From an uncultured Gammaproteobacteria bacterium (lineage in GTDB: Bacteria > Patescibacteriota > Patescibacteriia > Magasanikbacterales > GWA2-37-8), in NCBI GenBank assembly GCA_964540825.1, contig CAZINT010000002.1, forward strand, positions 194,993 through 248,779: a stretch of 53,787 nt of DNA, read 5' to 3'. Positions 1-8,142 of this stretch are shown here, in pieces (the stretch's first letter is position 1; each line of letters opens with the position of its first letter). The position numbers and the translations under genes are program-made. The notes below the pieces were generated by a model. It was given only the letters and a program-made list of their open reading frames with translations. It did no database searches and was not told where the DNA came from.

Positions 1-1289
1 GAATTAGTTGTTTCAAATAAAAAAAACAACTGAATAGCATACCCAATGAGTGTCGCTCCGATAATACTCGCTGCGCCCACCGAAAGGTTTGGCCGCACGG
101 TTGCTGCAGCAGCCTGGCGATATACCGGTTTGTTTCTATTTTTCAATAAAAGCCATAAACCAGCTATAAAAAGAGAACAATAACTTATAAAACCAATACC
201 TCCTGCACTATTGGCAATTTCCAAAAACCAATTGTGCGGCTTGTCCCAAACAGTTTCTGAGAAAGAATACTTTAAAAAGACCGGATTATAGTATTTGCTA
301 TACAGCGCTTCAAAGGTATTTAACCCCCAGCCAAACGCCGGGCGCTCCACAAAACCCTGGCCAGCAATTTTCCAAGCCATGAGACGAGTTTTACCTGTTC
401 CCTCCATAAAGCTGGTGGTGTCAAAGAAACGGCTGATGAGCGGAATATGGTCATGAACCCAAACAGTACGTGCGCTCAGGAGTAAGCCGATTCCAACAAC
501 AAGAATGCCGCACAATACTGCGAAACCAATTTTTTTATCTTTCTTGTTTGGGAGAAAAAAAATCATGAATAGAATGCCGGCAAAAACCCCTCCTGCTAAA
601 CCAACCACACTGCCGCGCGAGGCGGTAAGAACTAAAGCTCCTCCCATAATGACTGCCGCTCCAGCGGCCAACCCAGACTTCCAGGCAGTTTTAAAATTAC
701 CCGACCACAGGGTGTAGGCAGCAAGAACTGCGGATCCAAGCACCGGAAGCAGATAGAGCGACAAATAAGCTGGATTGCCAAGGATCCCCTGCAAACGATC
801 ATCTGAGGCTAACCCCCAGCTGCTCGGTAAACTATTTTGAAAAAAACCACTGAGCGCTATAACAAACCCTACCCCCACAACTATCATCAAACTGCGTTGC
901 CATTCCTTAAAATTCCAAAAATAGCGCATTAAAAAATACCAGGCGCCCAAATGCAGCCATAAAAGTGCTCCGTTTTCACGAGCCTGATTACCCCAAAAAC
1001 TCAAGGAGGGATCAACCCCAAAAATACTTGTAACAATCAAAATACACAAAAAAACCAAAAGTACTCGGTCAAGCCAATTCCATGTTTTCCATCCTTCAAA
1101 GCGATTATGTACCGTCCTCTTTCCGAGCGCCAGGCTGACCAAAAAGATGCCCAGCACAAGATCAATTATCAACTGAAATATCATCGTTTTTCCAAAATGA
1201 GGCGCAAAAAAAGTGAAAGGCGTAAAGAGAACCGGAACAAAAAGAGGTAGATAGAGAGCATTTTTGAAAAAAGCAGTGAGGCGATTCAT
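1..1289 (-). CDS. O-antigen ligase/polymerase-like (Wzy_C-type) polytopic membrane protein; its 3' end runs off the left edge
   Basis: The ORF is open at the window edge, so it is absent from the ORF track. Manual minus-strand translation from the ATG (complement of 1287-1289) gives 429 uninterrupted codons starting MNRLTAFFKNALYLPLF. It has many hydrophobic segments and a Wzy_C-like stretch: LTASRGSVVGL...GTGKTRLMAWKIAGQGFVERPAFGWGLNTFEALY...DKPHNWFLEIANSAGGIG. Confidence 0.75.
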   Translation of the reverse strand, partial: MNRLTAFFKNALYLPLFVPVLFTPFTFFAPHFGKTMIFQLIIDLVLGIFLVSLALGKRTVHNRFEGWKTWNWLDRVLLVFLCILIVTSIFGVDPSLSFWGNQARENGALLWLHLGAWYFLMRYFWNFKEWQRSLMIVVGVGFVIALSGFFQNSLPSSWGLASDDRLQGILGNPAYLSLYLLPVLGSAVLAAYTLWSGNFKTAWKSGLAAGAAVIMGGALVLTASRGSVVGLAGGVFAGILFMIFFLPNKKDKKIGFAVLCGILVVGIGLLLSARTVWVHDHIPLISRFFDTTSFMEGTGKTRLMAWKIAGQGFVERPAFGWGLNTFEALYSKYYNPVFLKYSFSETVWDKPHNWFLEIANSAGGIGFISYCSLFIAGLWLLLKNRNKPVYRQAAAATVRPNLSVGAASIIGATLIGYAIQLFFLFETTN

Positions 1290-1343
1290 GGTATTTAAAC
1301 AAAAAAACAAGCTTTACTTAGTTCCAGAATACCAAATTAACCT

Positions 1344-1385
1344 TAAAAAAACAATCCCCCGGGCCTTGCGGCCCGGGGGAATTGT
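1344..1385 (-). terminator. Rho-independent terminator after the 1231-aa surface protein gene
   Basis: GC-rich hairpin acaatcccccgggcc-ttgc-ggcccgggggaattgt, followed on the minus strand by a T-run (plus-strand A-run 1344-1350). Confidence 0.8.
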
Positions 1386-1414
1386 TGACGGTGTTCTTGT
1401 ACCGTTAAACTCGA

Positions 1415-4400
1415 TTAGTAGGTGAAGGTCTTGTACTGCAATGGCAAGTCAAGGCCCATGGCGGTGATAGTGTTAGAAACACCATCAGACCAGACGATAC
1501 CACCCTGAGGGATGCGAATCGAGAGGGACTTGGACTGTGCTGCATCGCTGGTATCCAAGGTTACGAAGAACGTCTTCGAAGAACCAGATGAAATGCTTAC
1601 ATCAGTGAAGTTGTCAGCACCTGTTGTTTCGAACCGAGTTTGGCCGAAAGTCTGGGTAGAGAGGAAGTTCGTTGTAGCCAAGGCTGTCGTAGTGAGAGAG
1701 TCTTTGTAGACAGTCAAAGTACGAGCAGCGTTAACTCCTGCTGCCTGCGAGATTGTCGAAGACAAGTCGAAGTTAATAGATTTGATAGTTGCTGTGTAGT
1801 TACCAGCATTAGCTAAGTTTGTAACAACAAACTTGGCAACGGTCTGAGAAGCAGAACCGGATGATGCACCTTGTGGAGCATCAGATGCCCAAGCTGTGGT
1901 TAATTTAGCGCGGTAGAACGTACTTGTAGCAGCATAAGCAACATCGGTTGTAACACCGGTGAAGGATACACCACTGCTGAGAACAGCAGGGAGTACAACG
2001 GTACCGGAAGAGGCACCAGTTGCAGTAACGCTATATGTAGCTCCAGTATACTGTTCTAAGATAGCGAGGTTTGAAACCTGGCCAGTTGTGGAGAAACCAC
2101 TGTCATCGTATGAAACAACGTCAGCAACAACCTGAACAACTTTAGAAGCGCCTTTCGGTACTACCAAGTTAAGATTGCTGAAGACAGCGTGTACGAATGA
2201 ACCAGAAGCATCTGTCGTGTCGAAGGACGAAACGGTTGTACCAATCTGCTGACCGTTATCGTTATCGATAAGTTTGATGTTGCGGAGTGTACCGGTAGCA
2301 CCAGAACTTGCACGATTACTTACAACTAACTGAGTGATGTTAATCGGTTCAGTTGAGCTGGAAGTGATATTGAATTTACCAAGAAGCTGACCAGTTGCGC
2401 CCATCAAGTAGTTGGTAGTAACTGGAGTATCGGAGTCTGTAGCAACGGTGAAGTTGCCAGCAGTTGAAATGTAGTTGTTCTGGAGCGAAACTGCGCCAGA
2501 GAAACTTGCACTTGTACCGGTCTTAATACCACTAGCAGTCACAGCACTAACTTTGAAGAGAGGGCTGGCAGTCGTGTAAACAGCTTTGAGATCAGCATAG
2601 ATACCAACAGCATACTGGGCACCGTTCACAATGCGAACAGCTGGAGTGATGTTGAAGGTGTAGGTGTTAGCGGTTGTACATGGAGCTGGGTTTGGATTGG
2701 CGTAGGTCTGGCCAAGCTGTTTACCAGTTGAATCCTTGAGAGTCAAATTCTGCATGTAGTCACCAATACAATTAGTTGCTGTTTCAGTCAAAGTGATCTG
2801 AGAAACATCAACGTCTTCTCCGGCACCAGCGGTTACGATGAAGGAACCAACTTTAGCCTGAGTAGCATTTACCGTGCCGTTTGGATTGGTAGCGGTCTTG
2901 TTACCAAATGAAGCGTCAGCGGTAACAGTAACTGTACCTGATTTTACTGTTAAAGTGTTAGCATTCTGCTTAACAGTAGAGAGAGAACTCAAGGAAACAA
3001 CGCCCTGAGCGTTACTCGAACCTGCGTCGAAACCAACAACGATAGTGTCGTTAGCAGCGATAGTTGCATCAGTTGTATCAGCCACAATGGTGATAGTACT
3101 AGAAGAGCCAGCTGGAATAATAAAGCTGCTGCCAAAAGTACCAAATCCAGTGTTAGCAACACCATTACCGGTTAAGGAAGTGATAGTTGTACCAACCTGG
3201 GAACCGTTCACAAGCAAACGAACGTTTGCAAGTTTGTCGGTTTGAGTGCTCAAAGTACTTGAAACACTGAGGCTGTTAATTTTAACAGCTTCACCATTTG
3301 CTTTAAAGTACCATTTACCGAGGGTTACATTAGTAGCGCCATCAGCAATGTTACCAGTTGGAGAGTCTGAAGCAAGAGTCTGAGTCAACGAACCAGTGTT
3401 TACACTGTAGTTAACTGCAGTACCAGCATTGTTTGGTTCAATGATATTGAAGCTGTCAGTACCATTGGCTTTCAAGAAGACATTGTATCCACGATCGTAG
3501 ACAACAAAGTCAGAGCTGTTCTGAATAGTAGCGCGGAAGGTACGGTTGGTACCAGCAACTACATCAGTCTTGAGGCTCAAAGTCTTGGTTTGTCCTTTGG
3601 TAATAACATATGGAGCAGCAGACCAGTCAAAGACGACTGTTTTGTCTGAACTCATGTCAGCAACAGTGCTGCCGAGCTGAGTTGCACCATCCCAGAGTGA
3701 GAAATTCTTAAGGTCACCAACGTTGACAGAGCCAACAATTGTGAAAACCAAACGGCGAATTTCTGTATCTTGGGAAGTGTTCTGTGCCTGGAGTCTCCAG
3801 ATTTCGTATCCAGTTGTACCAGGGTCTACTGTAGCGTTAGCTGCAGGAGTAACACTGGACAGTACAAGTTTACCAAGATCCGATACGGAAGCTGTGGTGA
3901 ACATGTTACTCATTAATGGGAAGCTTCCGCTAACAGTACCAGAGGTAGTGATAACCGAAGAAGCAGCCTGGATAGAGAATCCGATGGTCTTACCTGCAGA
4001 AACTGCAGTCTTAAGATCCATCTTCAACCATACTGGCTTGACAGTACCGCGGCTTACGGTGAAAAGACCGGAAGAGTTGGTAAAGGTAACCAAACCATTA
4101 GAGATGCTTGGATTAGAACCTACTTTCATGCCCATGTCATCGTAGAGGTAGACATTGCTGATATCAGTATCAGCAGAAATGCCTGTTCTCTTGAATTGGA
4201 CAGAAGTAACTTTTACATCGCCATCGTTGCCGGCAGCGAAGTTCAATTTCATAACTGGGATCATACCCTGAGCACCATTGGTAGCATCAGATACGATCGT
4301 TGTGGCAAATGGGTTGTCGCTAGCCAAAGAAACCGAGAGGCTTCCGTTAGCTGGAGTTGGGTTGCCAACAACACCACCACTCTGAGTCTTGTCCGTGAGG

Positions 4401-5110
4401 GCTTTGACTTCAGCGGTGATTTGAGATCCTACAGTTAAACCAGCAACAGCATCGTTCGACACAGCGCGAACGAACTGAGTCTGGAAACCGTTAGCAGTCA
4501 TACCGGTTGAGGTAACTTCACTTAAAGTACCGTCGGTGTTGACATACCAGGTTTTGCCGCCGTTTGAGACGAGCATACCAGGATGTACTTTAGCAGTCGT
4601 TACGTCAGCTCCGCGCTGAGTGTAATGTGGCCAGAAAGCATCGTCTACAACCATAACTTTGTAGTTAGAGCCATAGAGAGCTTTAGCTGCATCAGCAGTA
4701 ATTTTTGCCAAAGTGTTGCCCGGTTCAACTACATAGAGCTGGTCGGAAGATGGGCGCTTCACAACGTACGAACCTGGGTGGTAGTTAACTGCACCTGGGT
4801 AAGTACTAGGTACGGATAAAGAGTCGAAACAAGCCTGTGTAACGGAAACATATCCGCCATAGGTTGGTCTCCAGCTCTTGAATACATCACCATTTGGGAA
4901 ATAAAGGACTTTGAGGTCGTTGTTAACAGCGTAGATAGCCGGCTTTCCGGTTACCTTAAGCATGTCACCTGCATTCAAAGCTGGGCACACACTGTCAGCA
5001 GAAGCTGCAAGTGGTAAAAGTGCGGCGTTGAGACCGGAGAAAACTACGGTCACAGCAAGAGAAACGACGACGTTCAAAATCTTGGTTCCAAGTTTTTTTA
5101 CATCGTTCAT
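1415..5110 (-). CDS. Large secreted cell-surface (S-layer/adhesin-like) protein, 1231 aa
   Basis: N-terminal signal peptide (KKLGTKILNVVVSLAVTVVFSGLNAALLPLAASA). The protein is T/S/V/N/G-rich. It has at least 5-6 divergent tandem modules of roughly 150 aa, each opening with a similar strand (SLSVSLASDNP, SLTQTLASDSP, TVTADASFGN, FTVATDSDTP, LTTAWASDAP). No enzyme motif was seen. Confidence 0.7.
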   Translation of the reverse strand: MNDVKKLGTKILNVVVSLAVTVVFSGLNAALLPLAASADSVCPALNAGDMLKVTGKPAIYAVNNDLKVLYFPNGDVFKSWRPTYGGYVSVTQACFDSLSVPSTYPGAVNYHPGSYVVKRPSSDQLYVVEPGNTLAKITADAAKALYGSNYKVMVVDDAFWPHYTQRGADVTTAKVHPGMLVSNGGKTWYVNTDGTLSEVTSTGMTANGFQTQFVRAVSNDAVAGLTVGSQITAEVKALTDKTQSGGVVGNPTPANGSLSVSLASDNPFATTIVSDATNGAQGMIPVMKLNFAAGNDGDVKVTSVQFKRTGISADTDISNVYLYDDMGMKVGSNPSISNGLVTFTNSSGLFTVSRGTVKPVWLKMDLKTAVSAGKTIGFSIQAASSVITTSGTVSGSFPLMSNMFTTASVSDLGKLVLSSVTPAANATVDPGTTGYEIWRLQAQNTSQDTEIRRLVFTIVGSVNVGDLKNFSLWDGATQLGSTVADMSSDKTVVFDWSAAPYVITKGQTKTLSLKTDVVAGTNRTFRATIQNSSDFVVYDRGYNVFLKANGTDSFNIIEPNNAGTAVNYSVNTGSLTQTLASDSPTGNIADGATNVTLGKWYFKANGEAVKINSLSVSSTLSTQTDKLANVRLLVNGSQVGTTITSLTGNGVANTGFGTFGSSFIIPAGSSSTITIVADTTDATIAANDTIVVGFDAGSSNAQGVVSLSSLSTVKQNANTLTVKSGTVTVTADASFGNKTATNPNGTVNATQAKVGSFIVTAGAGEDVDVSQITLTETATNCIGDYMQNLTLKDSTGKQLGQTYANPNPAPCTTANTYTFNITPAVRIVNGAQYAVGIYADLKAVYTTASPLFKVSAVTASGIKTGTSASFSGAVSLQNNYISTAGNFTVATDSDTPVTTNYLMGATGQLLGKFNITSSSTEPINITQLVVSNRASSGATGTLRNIKLIDNDNGQQIGTTVSSFDTTDASGSFVHAVFSNLNLVVPKGASKVVQVVADVVSYDDSGFSTTGQVSNLAILEQYTGATYSVTATGASSGTVVLPAVLSSGVSFTGVTTDVAYAATSTFYRAKLTTAWASDAPQGASSGSASQTVAKFVVTNLANAGNYTATIKSINFDLSSTISQAAGVNAARTLTVYKDSLTTTALATTNFLSTQTFGQTRFETTGADNFTDVSISSGSSKTFFVTLDTSDAAQSKSLSIRIPQGGIVWSDGVSNTITAMGLDLPLQYKTFTY

Positions 5111-5339
5111 AATAAATAATTTAATTCCTTACCCATCTACGCGCTGCCGAAGCAGCGTCAAATGGACTAAGGTTCTCCCGATACAAGTATCTTTATGATA
5201 TCTATAGAGCGGGAATACAATGATCAGGCAAACCCGTATGGGCTTTCGACCTTAGACTGATCTTTTTTAAAACCTATTCTCTCCCCCACCCTTTCAGCCA
5301 GGCAATCCTGACAGAAAGTAGGAGAAGAAAATAGTTGTT

Positions 5340-6704
5340 TTATTTAAGGGAGGTGCTTGTCGTTGCAGCAGCAGGCGTGCTCGTCGTTTTAAGCACTGTT
5401 GACGTAGTACCAGACACCATAACAACGATCGGTTTTTGATCTGGAGTAGTTGATACTACTACCATGAGCGTACCTGTTGGTGCAAGCAGTGACGCATCAT
5501 TTTGGTCTTTAATGACCTGAACTATGGGCAATACTGTTTTTACTTTAGCCAGCGTAGTGTCAGAAATTTTTTCAGCCTCTTTGCTTGCTTCGGTAACCTG
5601 TTTGATCGCTTCAACCGCTTTTGAAAGATCACCCGTTGCAATGAGCGCTTTTGCTTCAGTAACAGTTTTATCAACCTGTTCAGAAACAGCATTAGTTTTG
5701 GTGGCAGCATCTTTTGTTTCAGCAGCCACAGTGGTAATAGTTGTGTTGAATGCTTGAGTTGAGGTAGCCAGAGCGCCGGCAGATTTACTATTTACACCTG
5801 TGGTCAAATCCTTGACTTCAGTCTTTACCACTTCCACAATATTTTTAACCCCATCGACATGCACTTTTGACCCGTCGACATCACTTGCAGCAGTATCAAG
5901 CGCTGTTGTAATAATACTGCTGACATCTTCTTTAGATATACTATGATCGTCGGCTAAATGTTTGGCAACCACGACTTCTACTGTTTTAACTCCCGTATCT
6001 TTAACCAAGTCCTTAGCTACACTTATTTGTTGGCTGAGGTCGCTATCCGCGGTTGTTGTGCTGGTTTGTAAATTATCTTTTACCACTTGCAGCGCATCTT
6101 TAATACTATCAGTATTTTCTTTAATCGTTGTGACTACCTGAGAGGAAAGCGTTTGATCAGATGCGTTCTTAATAGTATCTAAATTTTTATTAACATTTTG
6201 CAACTCATCCTTGAGGTCTGAAACCGTTTCAGCGATATGAAACTTTTTAGCCGGATCGTTTACAATTTGCTTGACTTCTTCTGCTCGGCGGCTGGCCAGC
6301 AGGAGGCTGAGCGCCGCCTGATCATTGCTGGTTCCGACGAGCGCAACTTGTGTTTTATGAACTGCTTCAAATGCACGCTTAACAGGATAGAGAACTTGAT
6401 CGCCGGGGAGCGCATCGTTTGAAGCGTTAGCGCTAAAGGCATAGCTGCTTGTAGCGACCACTGCAACCAGGACAACAAGGGCAACTGGACGAACAAAATT
6501 ATAAACAAAACTACGAGGGAAAAAGATTGCCATGCCTGACCAAACACGTTCGAGGCGTGCCGCCGCAGTTTGTTCGGTAGCGATTGGTACAGTATTTTTT
6601 ATTTGCGACAAAAGAAGGGTGCGATTATTTTTCACCCAAGCTTCACGCGGATTGATGTCCGCATGCTTAATGTTTTTAAGTTGTCGTACCAAATCACTTT
6701 CCAT
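5340..6704 (-). CDS. Membrane-anchored DUF5667-like protein, a possible anti-sigma partner
   Basis: 454 aa. A short cytoplasmic N-terminus is followed by one TM segment (FVRPVALVVLVAVVATSSYAF). Next comes the LYPVKRAFE motif typical of DUF5667 as I remember it, then a long D/K/T/V-rich helical region. The gene starts 7 nt after the sigma-factor stop. Confidence 0.6.
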   Translation of the reverse strand: MESDLVRQLKNIKHADINPREAWVKNNRTLLLSQIKNTVPIATEQTAAARLERVWSGMAIFFPRSFVYNFVRPVALVVLVAVVATSSYAFSANASNDALPGDQVLYPVKRAFEAVHKTQVALVGTSNDQAALSLLLASRRAEEVKQIVNDPAKKFHIAETVSDLKDELQNVNKNLDTIKNASDQTLSSQVVTTIKENTDSIKDALQVVKDNLQTSTTTADSDLSQQISVAKDLVKDTGVKTVEVVVAKHLADDHSISKEDVSSIITTALDTAASDVDGSKVHVDGVKNIVEVVKTEVKDLTTGVNSKSAGALATSTQAFNTTITTVAAETKDAATKTNAVSEQVDKTVTEAKALIATGDLSKAVEAIKQVTEASKEAEKISDTTLAKVKTVLPIVQVIKDQNDASLLAPTGTLMVVVSTTPDQKPIVVMVSGTTSTVLKTTSTPAAATTSTSLK

Positions 6705-6710
6705 ACTTTT

Positions 6711-7247
6711 TTATTGTTTGGCAATTTCTTTTAACTTCTTAAGTGCGCGGTGCAGAGTTACTCGAACTGCAACCCGACCCTTGCTCATAATTTCTGCAAT
6801 TTCATCGAGCTCAAGTTCGTCTACAAATTTGAGGATAATAATTTCTTGATATTCTTGCTTTAACTTTTTTAAGGCTTGAACTAAATTTTCATTTTCAATT
6901 TTTGTCTCTAATTTTTCGTACCAGGCTCCCCCATCGGTTACATCCATTTCTTCGCTCATGAGCTGAGGCTCTTTTGCCCGGCTTCTATAGAGGTCAATAA
7001 TTGCTGTTCTTGCTACCCGATACAAAAGTCCGCTAAAACTTTTTACTTCTTTGTTTTCTCGCAGGTAGTTCCAGGTTTTCAAAAAAACATCAGCGGTTAC
7101 GTCTTCAGCTTCTTCGCGCGAGCTAACTTTAAAATAAACAAAACGGTAGATTTGCTTTACGTAGGCATCGTAAAGTTTGCCAAAGCTTTCAGTGTCGTTT
7201 TTGGCTTGTATACGATACAATAGTAGCTTCTCTGATATCTTGTTCAT
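6711..7247 (-). CDS. RNA polymerase sigma factor, ECF (sigma-70 group 4) type
   Basis: 178 aa. Region 2: FGKLYDAYVKQIYRFVYFKVSSREEAEDVTADVFLKTW. Region 4: LKQEYQEIIILKFVDELELDEIAEIMSKGRVAVRVTLHRALKKLK. Confidence 0.85.
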   Translation of the reverse strand: MNKISEKLLLYRIQAKNDTESFGKLYDAYVKQIYRFVYFKVSSREEAEDVTADVFLKTWNYLRENKEVKSFSGLLYRVARTAIIDLYRSRAKEPQLMSEEMDVTDGGAWYEKLETKIENENLVQALKKLKQEYQEIIILKFVDELELDEIAEIMSKGRVAVRVTLHRALKKLKEIAKQ

Positions 7248-7313
7248 TAATGAAGACGTAAAAAATAAAAAAATGTTACACTTCGAAACATTCTTATACT
7301 ATACACTCTTTAA

Positions 7314-7340
7314 AGCGTCGCTAGTAGACGCTGTTTTTTT
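7314..7340 (+). terminator. Orphan terminator-like hairpin in the sigma/HTH divergent intergenic region
   Basis: agcgtc-gctagta-gacgct followed by gttttttt on the plus strand. There is no obvious upstream plus-strand gene, so its function is unassigned. Confidence 0.4.
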
Positions 7341-7470
7341 ATATGATAAAAGCATGGTATTACGAACTCAATACTAGCAAAAAAATACCCAAAAGTCAAA
7401 TTGCACAGGCTCAAATTTTGGCTACGTACCAAGGCCTCAAGGCATTTTACTCCTACCGAAACTTTAATAA

Positions 7471-7506
7471 ATCGCATTTGTATATGCTACTGTATACAAA
7501 TGCGAT
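7471..7506. promoter_or_regulatory. Operator-like inverted repeat 1 (ATTTGTATA-N8-TATACAAAT core, 14-bp arms)
   Basis: atcgcatttgtata-tgctactg-tatacaaatgcgat; the arms are perfect. Confidence 0.6.
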
Positions 7507-7542
7507 TTATAATCAAATGCCTTCGTTAAGATACTTTTTACG

Positions 7543-7572
7543 TTATTTGTATACACTAGTGTATACAAATAA
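7543..7572. promoter_or_regulatory. Operator-like inverted repeat 2 (ATTTGTATA-N8-TATACAAAT core)
   Basis: ttatttgtatacactagtgtatacaaataa is a perfect 30-bp palindrome. Confidence 0.6.
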
Positions 7573-7606
7573 TAACCAAAATGGTGAATCTTTGAACTAT
7601 AAGTCA

Positions 7607-7635
7607 TTGACAAAAGAATCGTTTTATGGTACTAT
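7607..7635 (+). promoter_or_regulatory. Sigma-70-type promoter of the HTH gene
   Basis: TTGACA (7607-7612), 17 nt spacer, TACTAT (7630-7635), about 30 nt upstream of the ATG at 7665. Confidence 0.6.
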
Positions 7636-7658
7636 TTGTCTAGACTAATATAGACAAA
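7634..7658. promoter_or_regulatory. Operator-like inverted repeat 3 (ATTTGTCTA-N8-TAGACAAA), overlapping the -10/+1 of the HTH promoter
   Basis: atttgtcta-gactaata-tagacaaa. It has the same half-site spacing as repeats 1 and 2, with one base changed per arm. Confidence 0.55.
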
Positions 7659-7664
7659 CATATT

Positions 7665-8015
7665 ATGAATCCCCCGGCTAAGCCCTTGGAATCTAAAGAA
7701 ATGATCCGTGTTTCTATTTCCGAAGCCGCCCGTTTGTTTGGGGTAAACACCCAAACCATCCGTCGAGCGATTAAAGCCCAAGAAATTACCTACGTAGTGG
7801 TTGGCGGTCGGTATAAACTGAATTTTGAAAATCTGGTAAAGTGGTCACAGCGACATATTACCATTCAAAACAAACTGGCAAAAAAAGGTATTGGACAGTT
7901 TGTGGATAGATGGAAAATTAAGAACCCCCTCTTCTCGCCTAATCCAAAATCAGTAGCTAAAACAGCTCAGGAAAATACGGAAGTTACTACGCCTCCCCCG
8001 CCCGAAACAGCTTAA
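7665..8015 (+). CDS. Small helix-turn-helix DNA-binding protein (excisionase/MerR-like HTH_17 type)
   Basis: 116 aa. The stretch ISEAARLFGVNTQTIRRAIKAQEITYVVVGGRYKLNFENLVKW matches the HTH_17 pattern. The C-terminal tail is basic and Pro-rich. Confidence 0.7.
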   Translation: MNPPAKPLESKEMIRVSISEAARLFGVNTQTIRRAIKAQEITYVVVGGRYKLNFENLVKWSQRHITIQNKLAKKGIGQFVDRWKIKNPLFSPNPKSVAKTAQENTEVTTPPPPETA

Positions 8016-8035
8016 CATATTCTTGTAAAAACCAA

Positions 8036-8068
8036 ACAAAAAACCTTCGGCATGTGAAGGTTTTTTGT
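8036..8068 (+). terminator. Rho-independent terminator after the HTH gene
   Basis: aaccttc-ggcatgt-gaaggtt followed by a T-run. Confidence 0.75.
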
Positions 8069-8098
8069 TTGACAAAATGAAGTTTTTAAGACTATACT
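8069..8098 (+). promoter_or_regulatory. Promoter of the 580-aa gene
   Basis: TTGACA (8069-8074), 18 nt spacer, TATACT (8093-8098). Confidence 0.5.
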
Positions 8099-8142
8099 AG
8101 AGCTAACTTTTATCTGCTTTAAGCAGACAAGCACGCCAAAAT

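Noticed and set aside
505-717. Antisense or alternative-frame ORFs inside long backbone genes. Examples: 505-717 +, 3723-4145 +, 10730-11212 +, 38577-39146 +, 44113-44601 +, 44862-45389 +, 47342-47968 +.
   Set aside because: Each is embedded in a gene with clear family motifs or a coherent domain structure on the other strand. None has independent expression signals.
7314-7340. A tiny (about 35 nt) plus-strand transcript from a weak TGTTAC-15-TATACT element to the orphan hairpin/T-run.
   Set aside because: The promoter spacing is poor and the product would be too short to evaluate. The hairpin is listed as a feature, but I make no functional claim.
7343-7648. A 101-aa plus-strand ORF in the sigma/HTH intergenic region.
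   Set aside because: It is AT-rich with Tyr/Asn/Leu-biased low-complexity translation and no start signals. It is fully occupied by the three palindromic operators and a promoter.
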